A DNA stretch of 41,752 nucleotides from Dehalococcoidia bacterium (lineage in GTDB: Bacteria > Chloroflexota > Dehalococcoidia > GIF9 > AB-539-J10): NCBI GenBank assembly GCA_030603485.1, contig JAUVXS010000001.1, positions 1 to 41,752 of the forward strand, written 5' to 3'. Under the pieces are notes generated by a model. The model ran no database searches and was not told the origin of the DNA. It saw nothing but the letters and a program-made list of their open reading frames with translations. The position numbers and the translations under genes are program-made. Shown piece after piece: positions 17,028-25,153 of this stretch; position 1 is the first letter of the stretch; the number at the start of each line of letters is the position of its first letter.

Positions 17028-17858
17028 TCACAGTCCGCGTAGCCTCTTCAGATTAGGCTTTTCGCTCTCATATATTCGTTTTACTCCATCACCTAGTGCC
17101 TGTTCAATTATTCTCACATCTCTCACTAATCGAAGTAGGCCCTGGGGTTCAAGTGATGCGCTCTGGTCTGAGCCATAGGCAGCTCTGTCAAGCGTAATGT
17201 GCCTCTCTAGTGAAGTTGCACCCAGAGCGACGGCGGCCAGGCTTACCTGCAGTCCTATCTCATGCCCGCTATAGCCTACGTCGCAGCCAAATCTCTCACG
17301 CAAGGTAATAATGCAGTTAAGATTAGCTTCCTCACTCTTTATCGGATAGGCACTGTTGCAGTGCATTAGTTCAAACGGACAGTCGTATTTTCTGAATATG
17401 TCCACAGCTTTTTCAATCTCAGCCATCGTGCTCATCCCCGTGGAGATAAAGGTATACTCTTTCTCTTCGGCCACTGTTTCTAAAAGTTTAATATTAGTTA
17501 ACATCGGTGAAGCGATTTTATTATGTTTGAGGTTATATTTCCTCAAGAAAAGCTGACTTTCAGTATCCCAGGCTGATGCGAACCATTCTGTGCCTTTCCC
17601 TTGGCAATAGCGGTCGATTTCATCATACTCCTCCTCACCGAATTCCACCCGGTAGCGATATTCTAAATACGTCATCAACCCCCACGGAGTCTCGCGCATT
17701 ACATTAACGTAATCAGGGGGAACACTGGTTTCAGGGTTTCTCTTTTGAAACTTAACCGCATCACAGCCGGCAAAAGCCGCCACATCAATGAGCTTTTTAG
17801 CGATGTCAATATCCCCATTGTGGTTAATGCCCACTTCGGCAATGATAAAAACCCTCAT
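17028..17858 (-). CDS. NeuB-family (sialic/nonulosonic acid synthase) TIM-barrel protein lacking the C-terminal SAF domain
   Basis: VFIIAEVGINHNGDIDIAKKLIDVAAFAGCDAVKFQKR. The protein ends at 276 aa, right after the barrel (…ALGDGVKRIYESEKPNLKRLRGL). Confidence 0.85.
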   Translation of the reverse strand: MRVFIIAEVGINHNGDIDIAKKLIDVAAFAGCDAVKFQKRNPETSVPPDYVNVMRETPWGLMTYLEYRYRVEFGEEEYDEIDRYCQGKGTEWFASAWDTESQLFLRKYNLKHNKIASPMLTNIKLLETVAEEKEYTFISTGMSTMAEIEKAVDIFRKYDCPFELMHCNSAYPIKSEEANLNCIITLRERFGCDVGYSGHEIGLQVSLAAVALGATSLERHITLDRAAYGSDQSASLEPQGLLRLVRDVRIIEQALGDGVKRIYESEKPNLKRLRGL

Positions 17859-17860
17859 AT

Positions 17861-19039
17861 TTACTCTCCTTCATTAGGTCTCCTACTTTCTAAAATCAGG
17901 TCGCAAATCTCTCGCACAGCTCCACTGCCACCAGCAGCCTGCATTACAATATCGGCTACTGCTATAACCATTGGATGGGCATCAGCAACTGCCACGCCCA
18001 CGCCAACAGCCCCTATACAAGCTATATCGTTGACATCATTGCCAACATAAGCTACTTTGTCAAGGTCAACATTATGTGCTTTTGCTGCCTGCTTTAGTAC
18101 GGACAGCTTGTCGGCTGCATTTTGGAAACAGGGAATACCCAGTTTATGACATCGTGCCGAGACCACAGGGTTCGCCTCTTTAGAAATGACGACCACGGGA
18201 ATGCCTTCCTGTCTTAGCCGCTCTATCCCCAGCCCATCTCCTCTATGGCACACGATAGACTCCTTGCCGTCCTGGGATACCAACACGTGGTTATCAGTCA
18301 ACACTCCATCAAAGTCCAGAACCAATAACTCAACGCCTTTAAGTTTCTCAATAGCTTGGCGCTGATGCCGTAGAGGGAGCAATTGCTCCAGCAGCAAAAA
18401 GTCCTCTTCAGTGTCAATTTGGAGTGAATCCAGCGGGTCCATTTCGTATAAAGAGATGCGGCCTCCTAGACGGTTCTCATGCTGCTTGAGAATCTCTGTT
18501 TTCGTTACATAGATGGAGCCATTTTCAATGTACTCTGGTGTGAAATCCTGTCTCCTTGGGCGATCCCGGTAGTCGTAGTTTGCTGATATAAGTTGACCAT
18601 CTTCCCACCGCCAGTAGAAGTTATACGAGCGACAGCAAGAGAACAATGAATCTGCACCTGCAGCATTTAGAGTATCAATCGCGTTATCAATATCGTCAGG
18701 CTTTCGTAGAGGTGAAGTAGGTTGTAATAAGACAAGCATCGATGGCAGATATCCTTCTGTTTGTTCCAGCAAGGATAGAACATGAAGAAGTACTGACTCG
18801 GCGCTGGCGGTATCCGTCGCCAACTCTGGGGGACGCATCACCACCTCTGCTCCATATTGGCGCGCTACCTTAGCGATTTCGGCATCCTCTGTTGATACTA
18901 TTGTGCGGCTTACCTGCCGCGCTTGTAAGGCTTGTTCAATCGTATAGGCTACTAATGGCTTACCAGCTAGCAGCCTGATATTCTTCCGTGGTACGCCCTT
19001 GGAGCCGCCACGGGCAGGGATAATTGCACAAATTCTCAT
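17861..19039 (-). CDS. Fusion: CMP-nonulosonate (NeuA-type) cytidylyltransferase plus KdsC-like HAD phosphatase
   Basis: N-terminus ICAIIPARGGSKGVPRKNI. C-terminal half has LVLDFDGVLTD (HAD motif I) and YVGNDVNDI (motif IV). Confidence 0.85.
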   Translation of the reverse strand: MRICAIIPARGGSKGVPRKNIRLLAGKPLVAYTIEQALQARQVSRTIVSTEDAEIAKVARQYGAEVVMRPPELATDTASAESVLLHVLSLLEQTEGYLPSMLVLLQPTSPLRKPDDIDNAIDTLNAAGADSLFSCCRSYNFYWRWEDGQLISANYDYRDRPRRQDFTPEYIENGSIYVTKTEILKQHENRLGGRISLYEMDPLDSLQIDTEEDFLLLEQLLPLRHQRQAIEKLKGVELLVLDFDGVLTDNHVLVSQDGKESIVCHRGDGLGIERLRQEGIPVVVISKEANPVVSARCHKLGIPCFQNAADKLSVLKQAAKAHNVDLDKVAYVGNDVNDIACIGAVGVGVAVADAHPMVIAVADIVMQAAGGSGAVREICDLILESRRPNEGE

Positions 19040-19048
19040 TTTTTTCCT

Positions 19049-20410
19049 TTAAGTTTGTCGAAACCCCCTGAAACTTGCGTCCCTTTGGCAGTAAAGCTTT
19101 TCAGCAACACGGGTCATTGATTCTAACTGGTGTCGATAATAATGCTCCAATAAAGTTTTATTTGCCTCAAAAAGCACTCTGTGAAATTCATCATTCGACA
19201 AATCTGTAAAATTAACCGACAACAAATCTGAATTTATATGCTTATTCTCGTAAAAGTCGGCACAGTCTCTGAGCAGCCCCTCTTCTATAGCATAATAGTA
19301 TAAATCACAGCCCGGATATGGTGTCACCGGACGAATTGTTCTCAACTGGGAATGGTCATCATATTTAAGCAGAAATTCTACCCCCCTTTGCAATATTTCT
19401 GGGGTCTCTCCGATATTTCCGAAAATAATATTAAATCCCGGAGATATACCCTCAGCCAAAGTTGCTTCTATACCTTTAATAATCTGGTCTGTGGTAAGAT
19501 TTTTATTCATAACCTTTAACATATTATCATCCATGGATTCAATACCATAGTTAATAAAGACACATCCAGCCTTTTTCATGGTTTTCAAAACTTCAGGCCT
19601 GGCAAAGTTAAGCCTCCCGTTGCAACTCCATTTTATATTTAGCTCAGCTTTAATGAAAGCCTCACATAACATTACAGTTCTCCTTGCTGAAGACATTAAA
19701 AGTTCATCAAGAAAATCAATATAGGAAACCCCATAATCTTTCTTAAGAATCTGGATTTCTTCAACAATGCTTTCAGGTGATCTAGCCCGAAATCCCTCGT
19801 CCATTCTATAGCAAAAATTACATCTAAACGGACAGCCCCTGCCAGATAAAACGAAAAAAGCTCTTTCATTATTCTTTATGTGTGGTCGCCTAAACAATGA
19901 ATAGTAGTCCATTGGGAAAAGGTCCCATGCAGGCAAAGATATTGAATCCAAATTTTTAACCAGTTCCTGAGGTTTAGTAAGAACCAGACGTCCATCATCG
20001 AGATAGGCAATGCCATTTACTGAAGAAAAACTCCTTTTATTTTCAAAAGCATCCAGTAAATTGACAATCGTCATATCTCCCTCACCAATGACAATTACAT
20101 CAGCCTCGGGAGCCGGACCATGCCCTCCCAAGATATATAAAGGACGATTGGGCACAGAATCAATAGCTTCGGATATTTTTAATAATTTTTGGTATTGGTA
20201 ATAACCACCTATAATACCAAGACCAACGACATCAAAATGATTATTGGTTAAATAGGCAACCAGGTGGGATTCAGGATAGTGGAATTGATCCTGGTTATAT
20301 ATCATAACATTGTGCCCTGCGTTTCTCAGTGCTGATGCAATATATGCAAGTCCCATGGGAAACTCGTGTATATAAGAATCATTATCATAAGCAATCAATA
20401 GTACTTGCAT
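19049..20410 (-). CDS. B12-binding-domain radical SAM enzyme (class B type)
   Basis: N-terminal Rossmann-like B12 domain (VLLIAYDN...GLAYIASALRNAGHNV, VIVIGEGD). Radical SAM cluster motif GRGCPFRCNFCY (Cx3Cx2C). Confidence 0.85.
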   Translation of the reverse strand: MQVLLIAYDNDSYIHEFPMGLAYIASALRNAGHNVMIYNQDQFHYPESHLVAYLTNNHFDVVGLGIIGGYYQYQKLLKISEAIDSVPNRPLYILGGHGPAPEADVIVIGEGDMTIVNLLDAFENKRSFSSVNGIAYLDDGRLVLTKPQELVKNLDSISLPAWDLFPMDYYSLFRRPHIKNNERAFFVLSGRGCPFRCNFCYRMDEGFRARSPESIVEEIQILKKDYGVSYIDFLDELLMSSARRTVMLCEAFIKAELNIKWSCNGRLNFARPEVLKTMKKAGCVFINYGIESMDDNMLKVMNKNLTTDQIIKGIEATLAEGISPGFNIIFGNIGETPEILQRGVEFLLKYDDHSQLRTIRPVTPYPGCDLYYYAIEEGLLRDCADFYENKHINSDLLSVNFTDLSNDEFHRVLFEANKTLLEHYYRHQLESMTRVAEKLYCQRDASFRGFRQT

Positions 20411-20454
20411 CTATGATCCCTCTTGCTCATATCCCCAAAGCGCCAATTGTCCAT

Positions 20455-20483
20455 ATCATAGCCCAAATGTTACCTCTTGTCAA
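20455..20483 (-). promoter_or_regulatory. Sigma70-type promoter candidate upstream of the radical SAM gene
   Basis: The minus strand reads TTGACA, then the 17-nt spacer agaggtaacatttgggc, then TATGAT. The -10 ends 44 nt upstream of ATG 20410, followed by an AGAGGGA Shine-Dalgarno. It sits in a 145-nt gap. Confidence 0.35.
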
Positions 20484-20555
20484 TCAGGTTAACTGGTCGT
20501 GGTTATCCCAAAGAGTTTTACTAAATGCAATTAATCCTCCTATCTTAGTCGTCTG

Positions 20556-20885
20556 TTAATCATATTGTATCCACTCTGAGACATGGATACATTTGTCATC
20601 TACATAGACATCTGCTCCAGGCCTACCCATTACCAATCGATGGTACTTAACGTTCCACGCCTTCAATTGATGTTCTGTAAGCGTGCGCCAGTCAATCCCT
20701 GTTGTGAAACCCCGAGCAGTGTGCAGGATAATAGTATGCCCGGCATCATATAGCTTATTTAGCTTTGAGATGACTTCCAGACAAGGAGTTGCCTCAGGGT
20801 AATTTCCCTGAGTGTCGCTGCAGAGCGTCCCATCTATGTCAAAGCAATAGATCATTTTGTCGCGGTCTCCCATTTTTAGAGCCAC
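20556..20885 (-). CDS. Small HAD-superfamily phosphatase (capsule-biosynthesis EcbF/BcbF-like by recollection)
   Basis: IYCFDIDGTLC (DxDGT motif I), HTARG, and YVDDK near the C-terminus. The start is uncertain: GTG 20885, ATG 20873, or ATG 20855 (GGGAGA 10 nt upstream). Confidence 0.6.
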   Translation of the reverse strand: MALKMGDRDKMIYCFDIDGTLCSDTQGNYPEATPCLEVISKLNKLYDAGHTIILHTARGFTTGIDWRTLTEHQLKAWNVKYHRLVMGRPGADVYVDDKCIHVSEWIQYD

Positions 20886-21439
20886 TGCCGGAAGGCTTGC
20901 GAAATTAGGTGGGTCAGGACCAAGTGCATATCCTCCACCACACCGTAATTACTGGAAGAAAAGGTGATGTTGAAGTCAGCTATTTTGGCTAGTTTGCCAC
21001 CGCCGAAGCCGCTGAAGCCAATTGTCTTCCCACCATGGTTCTTAGCATATTCGATGGCCTTAAGCACGTTTGGTGAATTGCCCGAGGCTGAAATGCCGAT
21101 AGCCAAGTCGCCCTGGTTCCAGAGCGCAGACATCTGCTCAACAAAGATATCGCCATAGGAGATGTCATTAGCTATAGCGGTCATCATGGCGACGTTGTCT
21201 GTTAGGCTGATGGCACGCAACCGTGGTTTACCAGGGACTGCCGTCATTTTGGCTAGGTCACAGGCTAAGTGTGAAGCCGTGGCTGCCGAGCCACCGTTAC
21301 CAAACAGGAAGACTTGTCGGGCATTTTCCTGTGCTTCTTGAAGCACATCGACAATCTGCTCAAGAACAGTAAAATCAATCTCTGCAATCGCCTCTTTCAG
21401 CGACTTGATGTATTGATTGAATAAATCAGGTAAGACCAT
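20876..21439 (-). CDS. gmhA: SIS-domain sedoheptulose-7-phosphate isomerase-like protein
   Basis: FGNGGSAATASHLACDL, NDISYGDIF, GISASGNSPNVLKAIEYAK and GFGGGKLA align along the whole length with my memory of E. coli GmhA. Strong AAAGGAG Shine-Dalgarno. Confidence 0.75.
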   Translation of the reverse strand: MVLPDLFNQYIKSLKEAIAEIDFTVLEQIVDVLQEAQENARQVFLFGNGGSAATASHLACDLAKMTAVPGKPRLRAISLTDNVAMMTAIANDISYGDIFVEQMSALWNQGDLAIGISASGNSPNVLKAIEYAKNHGGKTIGFSGFGGGKLAKIADFNITFSSSNYGVVEDMHLVLTHLISQAFRQWL

Positions 21440-21442
21440 AAT

Positions 21443-21580
21443 CTATCTCCTTTCACTGGTAGCCTTACATGCGTATTTGATGACATGCACTATAAGTGCC
21501 CTGCCAGCCAGCGGTTGGATATTCTTCCACGGTATGCTTTTGGAGCTGCCCCGAGCGGGGATCGTTGCGATGGTGGTCAT
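21443..21580 (-). pseudogene. Truncated N-terminal remnant (45 codons) of a NeuA/KdsB-type cytidylyltransferase
   Basis: MTTIATIPARGSSKSIPWKNIQPLAGRALIVHVIKYA... matches the first 45 residues or so of the intact enzyme at 17861-19039 (ICAIIPARGGSKGVPRKNIRLLAGKPLVAYTIEQA). It then hits TAG inside the Shine-Dalgarno of the next gene. Confidence 0.5.
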
Positions 21581-21608
21581 GATGCCTCTCGAACAAATAC
21601 TTCGTCTA

Positions 21609-22796
21609 TCATTCCTCCGCCGAAAATCTTCCGATTCTTTCGCACATCTCTCTGAATGCTTCCTGTATAACTTCAAGCCTATCATCTTCCCACACATATC
21701 GCTGGAAGGGACTTGCCCACGGTAACTGAGATCCCGGTTCAACACCTTGAATGAGGAAGTACCGCTCAGAGGTAGCACCATATGAGGGTATAAGTATCTT
21801 GAACATGAGGTAACGCGCTCGCGGATTCAAAACACATAACATAAATGGCCCGTTGCTGACAGACATATTCAAATAACTCAACTCATATAAAGCGGCCCGA
21901 AGCTCAACATTCCAAACAACCTCCGGGAAGACGAGGAGTCCATCCAGATCAGAAGGTAGAAGCTTGATAGCAGTCTCCGTGTCCCTTATCACAACGGGGC
22001 AATAAATGGATGGGTTCAAGCTTCGGACAAATGCTCCCCATGCTTCTAGATTGCTGTTTCTATCCTGCATATATGGACTTTCTCGTAAGGTAATGGTAAT
22101 CACCTTGCGGACACCGGCCTTCAGTTGGATCCAATCGCTTACGAAGCGGCGTGCCTGTGGTGTAGCTTGAACAGTGGGTAAGACAACTCCTTTGGATGCT
22201 GCAGCAACAACATGTGACATATTGTACTTCTCTTTGGGAAAACGAACCGTATACCACTTGGGAAAGATGTATCTCGTTAATGATGCCTGGAACGCTTGTG
22301 CTTCTTTACGCGATGTACATACTGTTACCTGTTGACATGAAGAGATGAGCCAACAGCAAGACACCAGGATATTTCTCAACCTCCACTTCATATAATCAGT
22401 ATCGTAGTACCCTATACCATCATCCCTGCGATAAATCTCAAGATCACCTGCGCGAAACCCCGCATCAGGTCCGGGGACAATGACAATGTGTAGTGACGGA
22501 CAGCCAACTTGCTTTCGCTGGAGTTCTGCAAGCACAAGGAACCAAACAATATCAAAGGTGGCTGGTGAAACCGCGAGGTCATAGAACGCATATAACACGT
22601 CAGACTGCTTCTTCCCTATATACCTATGCCAGATATTGTCGAGTACACCCCAGAGATTAGCTCGAATAGGTCGTGTGCTCTGCCAGATGAGTTTAAGGAA
22701 CCTGTGAGCACACCAGATAATCCCCTTCTTCCGCACCCTGCTGGCCAGGAAGCGGGGAGACAGATAGAGTTTCCAAGATTTAGCATTTGAACCCAT
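21609..22796 (-). CDS. Hypothetical protein; C-terminal half weakly GT9 (heptosyltransferase)-like
   Basis: Long ORF coupled to its neighbours (TAATG at 22796). ITITLRE..RNSNLEAWGAFVRSL and ELRAALYELSYLNMSVSNGPFMLCVL resemble the GT9 pattern 'EL.ali..a.l.ig.DSGp.Hla'. I do not recognise the N-terminal half. Confidence 0.35.
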   Translation of the reverse strand: MGSNAKSWKLYLSPRFLASRVRKKGIIWCAHRFLKLIWQSTRPIRANLWGVLDNIWHRYIGKKQSDVLYAFYDLAVSPATFDIVWFLVLAELQRKQVGCPSLHIVIVPGPDAGFRAGDLEIYRRDDGIGYYDTDYMKWRLRNILVSCCWLISSCQQVTVCTSRKEAQAFQASLTRYIFPKWYTVRFPKEKYNMSHVVAAASKGVVLPTVQATPQARRFVSDWIQLKAGVRKVITITLRESPYMQDRNSNLEAWGAFVRSLNPSIYCPVVIRDTETAIKLLPSDLDGLLVFPEVVWNVELRAALYELSYLNMSVSNGPFMLCVLNPRARYLMFKILIPSYGATSERYFLIQGVEPGSQLPWASPFQRYVWEDDRLEVIQEAFREMCERIGRFSAEE

Positions 22797-23860
22797 TACT
22801 GCCTCGCCTTTTCTACCCTGTTCTGACCCATGTCTATCAACGCCCGCCCAACTTTACCATGCTCCAGGTCTTCCGTTGCCTGGTTAATATCATCAAGGCT
22901 GTAAGTGTGGGTGATTAACCCATCCAGCTTCAGCTTTCCCGACAGGTACAGATTGACATATATAGGGATGTCACAGTCAGGCTGGGTTTCTCCACCCCAC
23001 GTTCCGACTATTCGTTTGCCCCTGATAAGGTCAAACGGGTCTAAAGAGATATGCTCACCGTATGGCAAATTACCTGCCAGCACACACAGCCCCCCATTGT
23101 TGCGTACGGTCTGGAACGCGGTTTCCATGCTCTCGCTTTGTCCGGCAGCCTCGATGGCATAGTCGACACCACGCTGTTCGGTGATTTCCAGGATAGCTGC
23201 CAGGGGGTCTTGTTGACCAGCGTTGATAAGGTGTGTCGCCCCCACCCGGCGGGCTTGTTCTAGCTTGTGGTCGAATATGTCAACAGCAATGATAGTTGTA
23301 GCGTGCACCAGGTCGGCAGCCAGCACGGCGCTCAGCCCGATGCCTCCGATACCGAATATGGCAACACTACTGCCAGGTCGCACCTTGGCTGTGTTCAAGA
23401 CAATTCCAGCACCAGTGGGGATGGCACAGCCCAACAGTGTGGCTTCGCGCAAGGGTACGGCATCGGTAATCGGTATCACGCGATTCTCACAGGTCACGGT
23501 TTGGTGCATGAAGGTACTAATCGCGCCAGAATTAACTGGTCCTTCTGAGCTCTGGTAGATAGTGGCTGGCACATCGGCGCCGTCTCCCTTAATCCACGAT
23601 AGCACTACACGGTCGCCGGGCTTGACCTTGGTGACACCTGTGCCTATTTCCAGCACCGTTCCTGAGCCTTCGTGTCCTAGCGTGTGGGGAAGAAAACGGT
23701 CTGGCCCTCGCTTGCCGCGCATCTCCAGCAGCTGACTGTGACATAAGCCACTGTAAGCTATCTCCACCAGTACCTGTCCTGGCTTCAAGTCTGGGATTGT
23801 CAGCTCTCGAATTTTTAGCGGTTGGCCAAGCTGCTCAAGAATAGCGGCTAAAGTCTTCAT
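22796..23860 (-). CDS. Zinc-type medium-chain alcohol dehydrogenase (MDR family)
   Basis: GLCHSQL...GHEGSGTV catalytic-zinc motif. GIGGIGLSAV NAD-binding motif. Confidence 0.85.
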   Translation of the reverse strand: MKTLAAILEQLGQPLKIRELTIPDLKPGQVLVEIAYSGLCHSQLLEMRGKRGPDRFLPHTLGHEGSGTVLEIGTGVTKVKPGDRVVLSWIKGDGADVPATIYQSSEGPVNSGAISTFMHQTVTCENRVIPITDAVPLREATLLGCAIPTGAGIVLNTAKVRPGSSVAIFGIGGIGLSAVLAADLVHATTIIAVDIFDHKLEQARRVGATHLINAGQQDPLAAILEITEQRGVDYAIEAAGQSESMETAFQTVRNNGGLCVLAGNLPYGEHISLDPFDLIRGKRIVGTWGGETQPDCDIPIYVNLYLSGKLKLDGLITHTYSLDDINQATEDLEHGKVGRALIDMGQNRVEKARQ

Positions 23861-24393
23861 TATAGTAACTTCCTTGTATTATAGGTCAGTAAAGCTACGA
23901 TGGAAAGGCTATCTACAATTTGATTTGCCAGTATCATTTCAATGCAGCGCGCCAACGGAATCCAGGCTCGTCGAACTGAGCCATCTTTTGCTACTTCCTT
24001 AGGCTCTTCTGAATAGAAAACGTAGGTATAGTTTTTCCATATATCCAGACTGGGATGGTAGCTAATCAACGGCTTTAAATTGGAACACTGGACTCCTGCC
24101 TCTTCCAAACACTCACGGATGGCAGCCTCCTCGGGTGTTTCGTTTTCATCGACTCTGCCACCTGGAATCTCGTATGAAAGCCCGTTAATAAGAAGGCGGT
24201 ACTGTCTCACTAATAATACTTCGCCATTACGTACGGCTACTAGGGCTGCGCGTTGGCCATGGTCCGATACATAGTATTCCTTGCTGAAACCATCAAATCG
24301 GGCAACGATTCTATACGTCTTCTGATTTCTGTCCTGGTAGACAAGCTCCTGAGGCTCTATACTCAATGGAAGCGAAGTTGTTTCACTCATCAT
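23860..24393 (-). CDS. Nudix hydrolase
   Basis: Complete Nudix box GRVDENETPEEAAIRECLEEAGV (Gx5Ex7REUxEExGU). Confidence 0.85.
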   Translation of the reverse strand: MMSETTSLPLSIEPQELVYQDRNQKTYRIVARFDGFSKEYYVSDHGQRAALVAVRNGEVLLVRQYRLLINGLSYEIPGGRVDENETPEEAAIRECLEEAGVQCSNLKPLISYHPSLDIWKNYTYVFYSEEPKEVAKDGSVRRAWIPLARCIEMILANQIVDSLSIVALLTYNTRKLL

Positions 24394-24410
24394 CTAATCA
24401 CTCTCCAAAG

Positions 24411-25073
24411 TTACTCAGCAATGAACCAGTAATAATCTCCCGTATATCCTGCTTCAGCAAACAGCTTCTTCCAGTCATCAACGTGCATGTATGTTAGGGC
24501 AGTCAGGTTCCAGTTCATCATGCGTTCGCGTTCCTCTCCCGTCCGCCAGGCGTCCACCGTGATAAAGGCATGTTTGCGGCTCACCCTCTGAATTTCTCTT
24601 AGTGCCTGCTTGCACTCCTCCAACGGGAGATTATGAATGGTGTTAATGGATATCACTAGGTCAAATGAGTTGTCCTCATAAGGCAGTTCCTTGGCGTTCC
24701 CCACACGCAAAAAGGATTTGACAGTTTCGATGGCGTGCTCGATGGCATACTCGGAGATTTCAATGCCGGCGATGGAAAGATTGGGCATCAGTTCCTTGAA
24801 ATCATGCAGCATGAATCCTTTGGCACAGCCGACATCCAGCACGCTGGCATCGTCAGCAAGCTGGTAGTAATCACGAAAGCGCCTGACAGTCGCCTGCCAG
24901 AAGCGTGGATGATAGCTGTAGCCACCATAACCGTACAGGCGCTCGCCATCAAAGTACTCTTTACCAAACTGTCGGGCAACCTTCCGGTGTTCTTCAGTGA
25001 CCAGCTTGCCGCGCTCTTCTATCGGGCGCTTGGAGCGCGGATACAGGTCAAGCAAATTGACTTCTTGCCCCAT
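24411..25073 (-). CDS. Class I SAM-dependent methyltransferase
   Basis: Motif I VLDVGCAKGFML and FDLVISINTIHNL. GGGAGG Shine-Dalgarno. Confidence 0.85.
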   Translation of the reverse strand: MGQEVNLLDLYPRSKRPIEERGKLVTEEHRKVARQFGKEYFDGERLYGYGGYSYHPRFWQATVRRFRDYYQLADDASVLDVGCAKGFMLHDFKELMPNLSIAGIEISEYAIEHAIETVKSFLRVGNAKELPYEDNSFDLVISINTIHNLPLEECKQALREIQRVSRKHAFITVDAWRTGEERERMMNWNLTALTYMHVDDWKKLFAEAGYTGDYYWFIAE

Positions 25074-25153
25074 GTTTCCTCCCTATGAAAGGTAGTCTAT
25101 TAAAACTGACGTGTGCTTCGAATCAACAGAATTATCCATAGTGAAATTGCCCT

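Noticed and set aside
21443-21781. 112-aa ORF overlapping the 3' end of 21609-22796.
   Set aside because: Only its last 45 codons (from ATG 21580) resemble a real protein (cytidylyltransferase N-terminus). The upstream 67 codons are an out-of-frame read-through of the neighbouring gene.
23223-23558. Numerous 60-175 aa ORFs antisense to or nested within the large genes. Examples: 1376-1798, 3227-3714, 7192-7563, 9489-9782, 23051-23558, 26373-27048, 31891-32492, 36698-37141 and 38087-39033.
   Set aside because: They lie entirely inside confidently assigned CDSs on the other strand or frame. They have no motifs or Shine-Dalgarno sequences, and their composition is typical of shadow ORFs.
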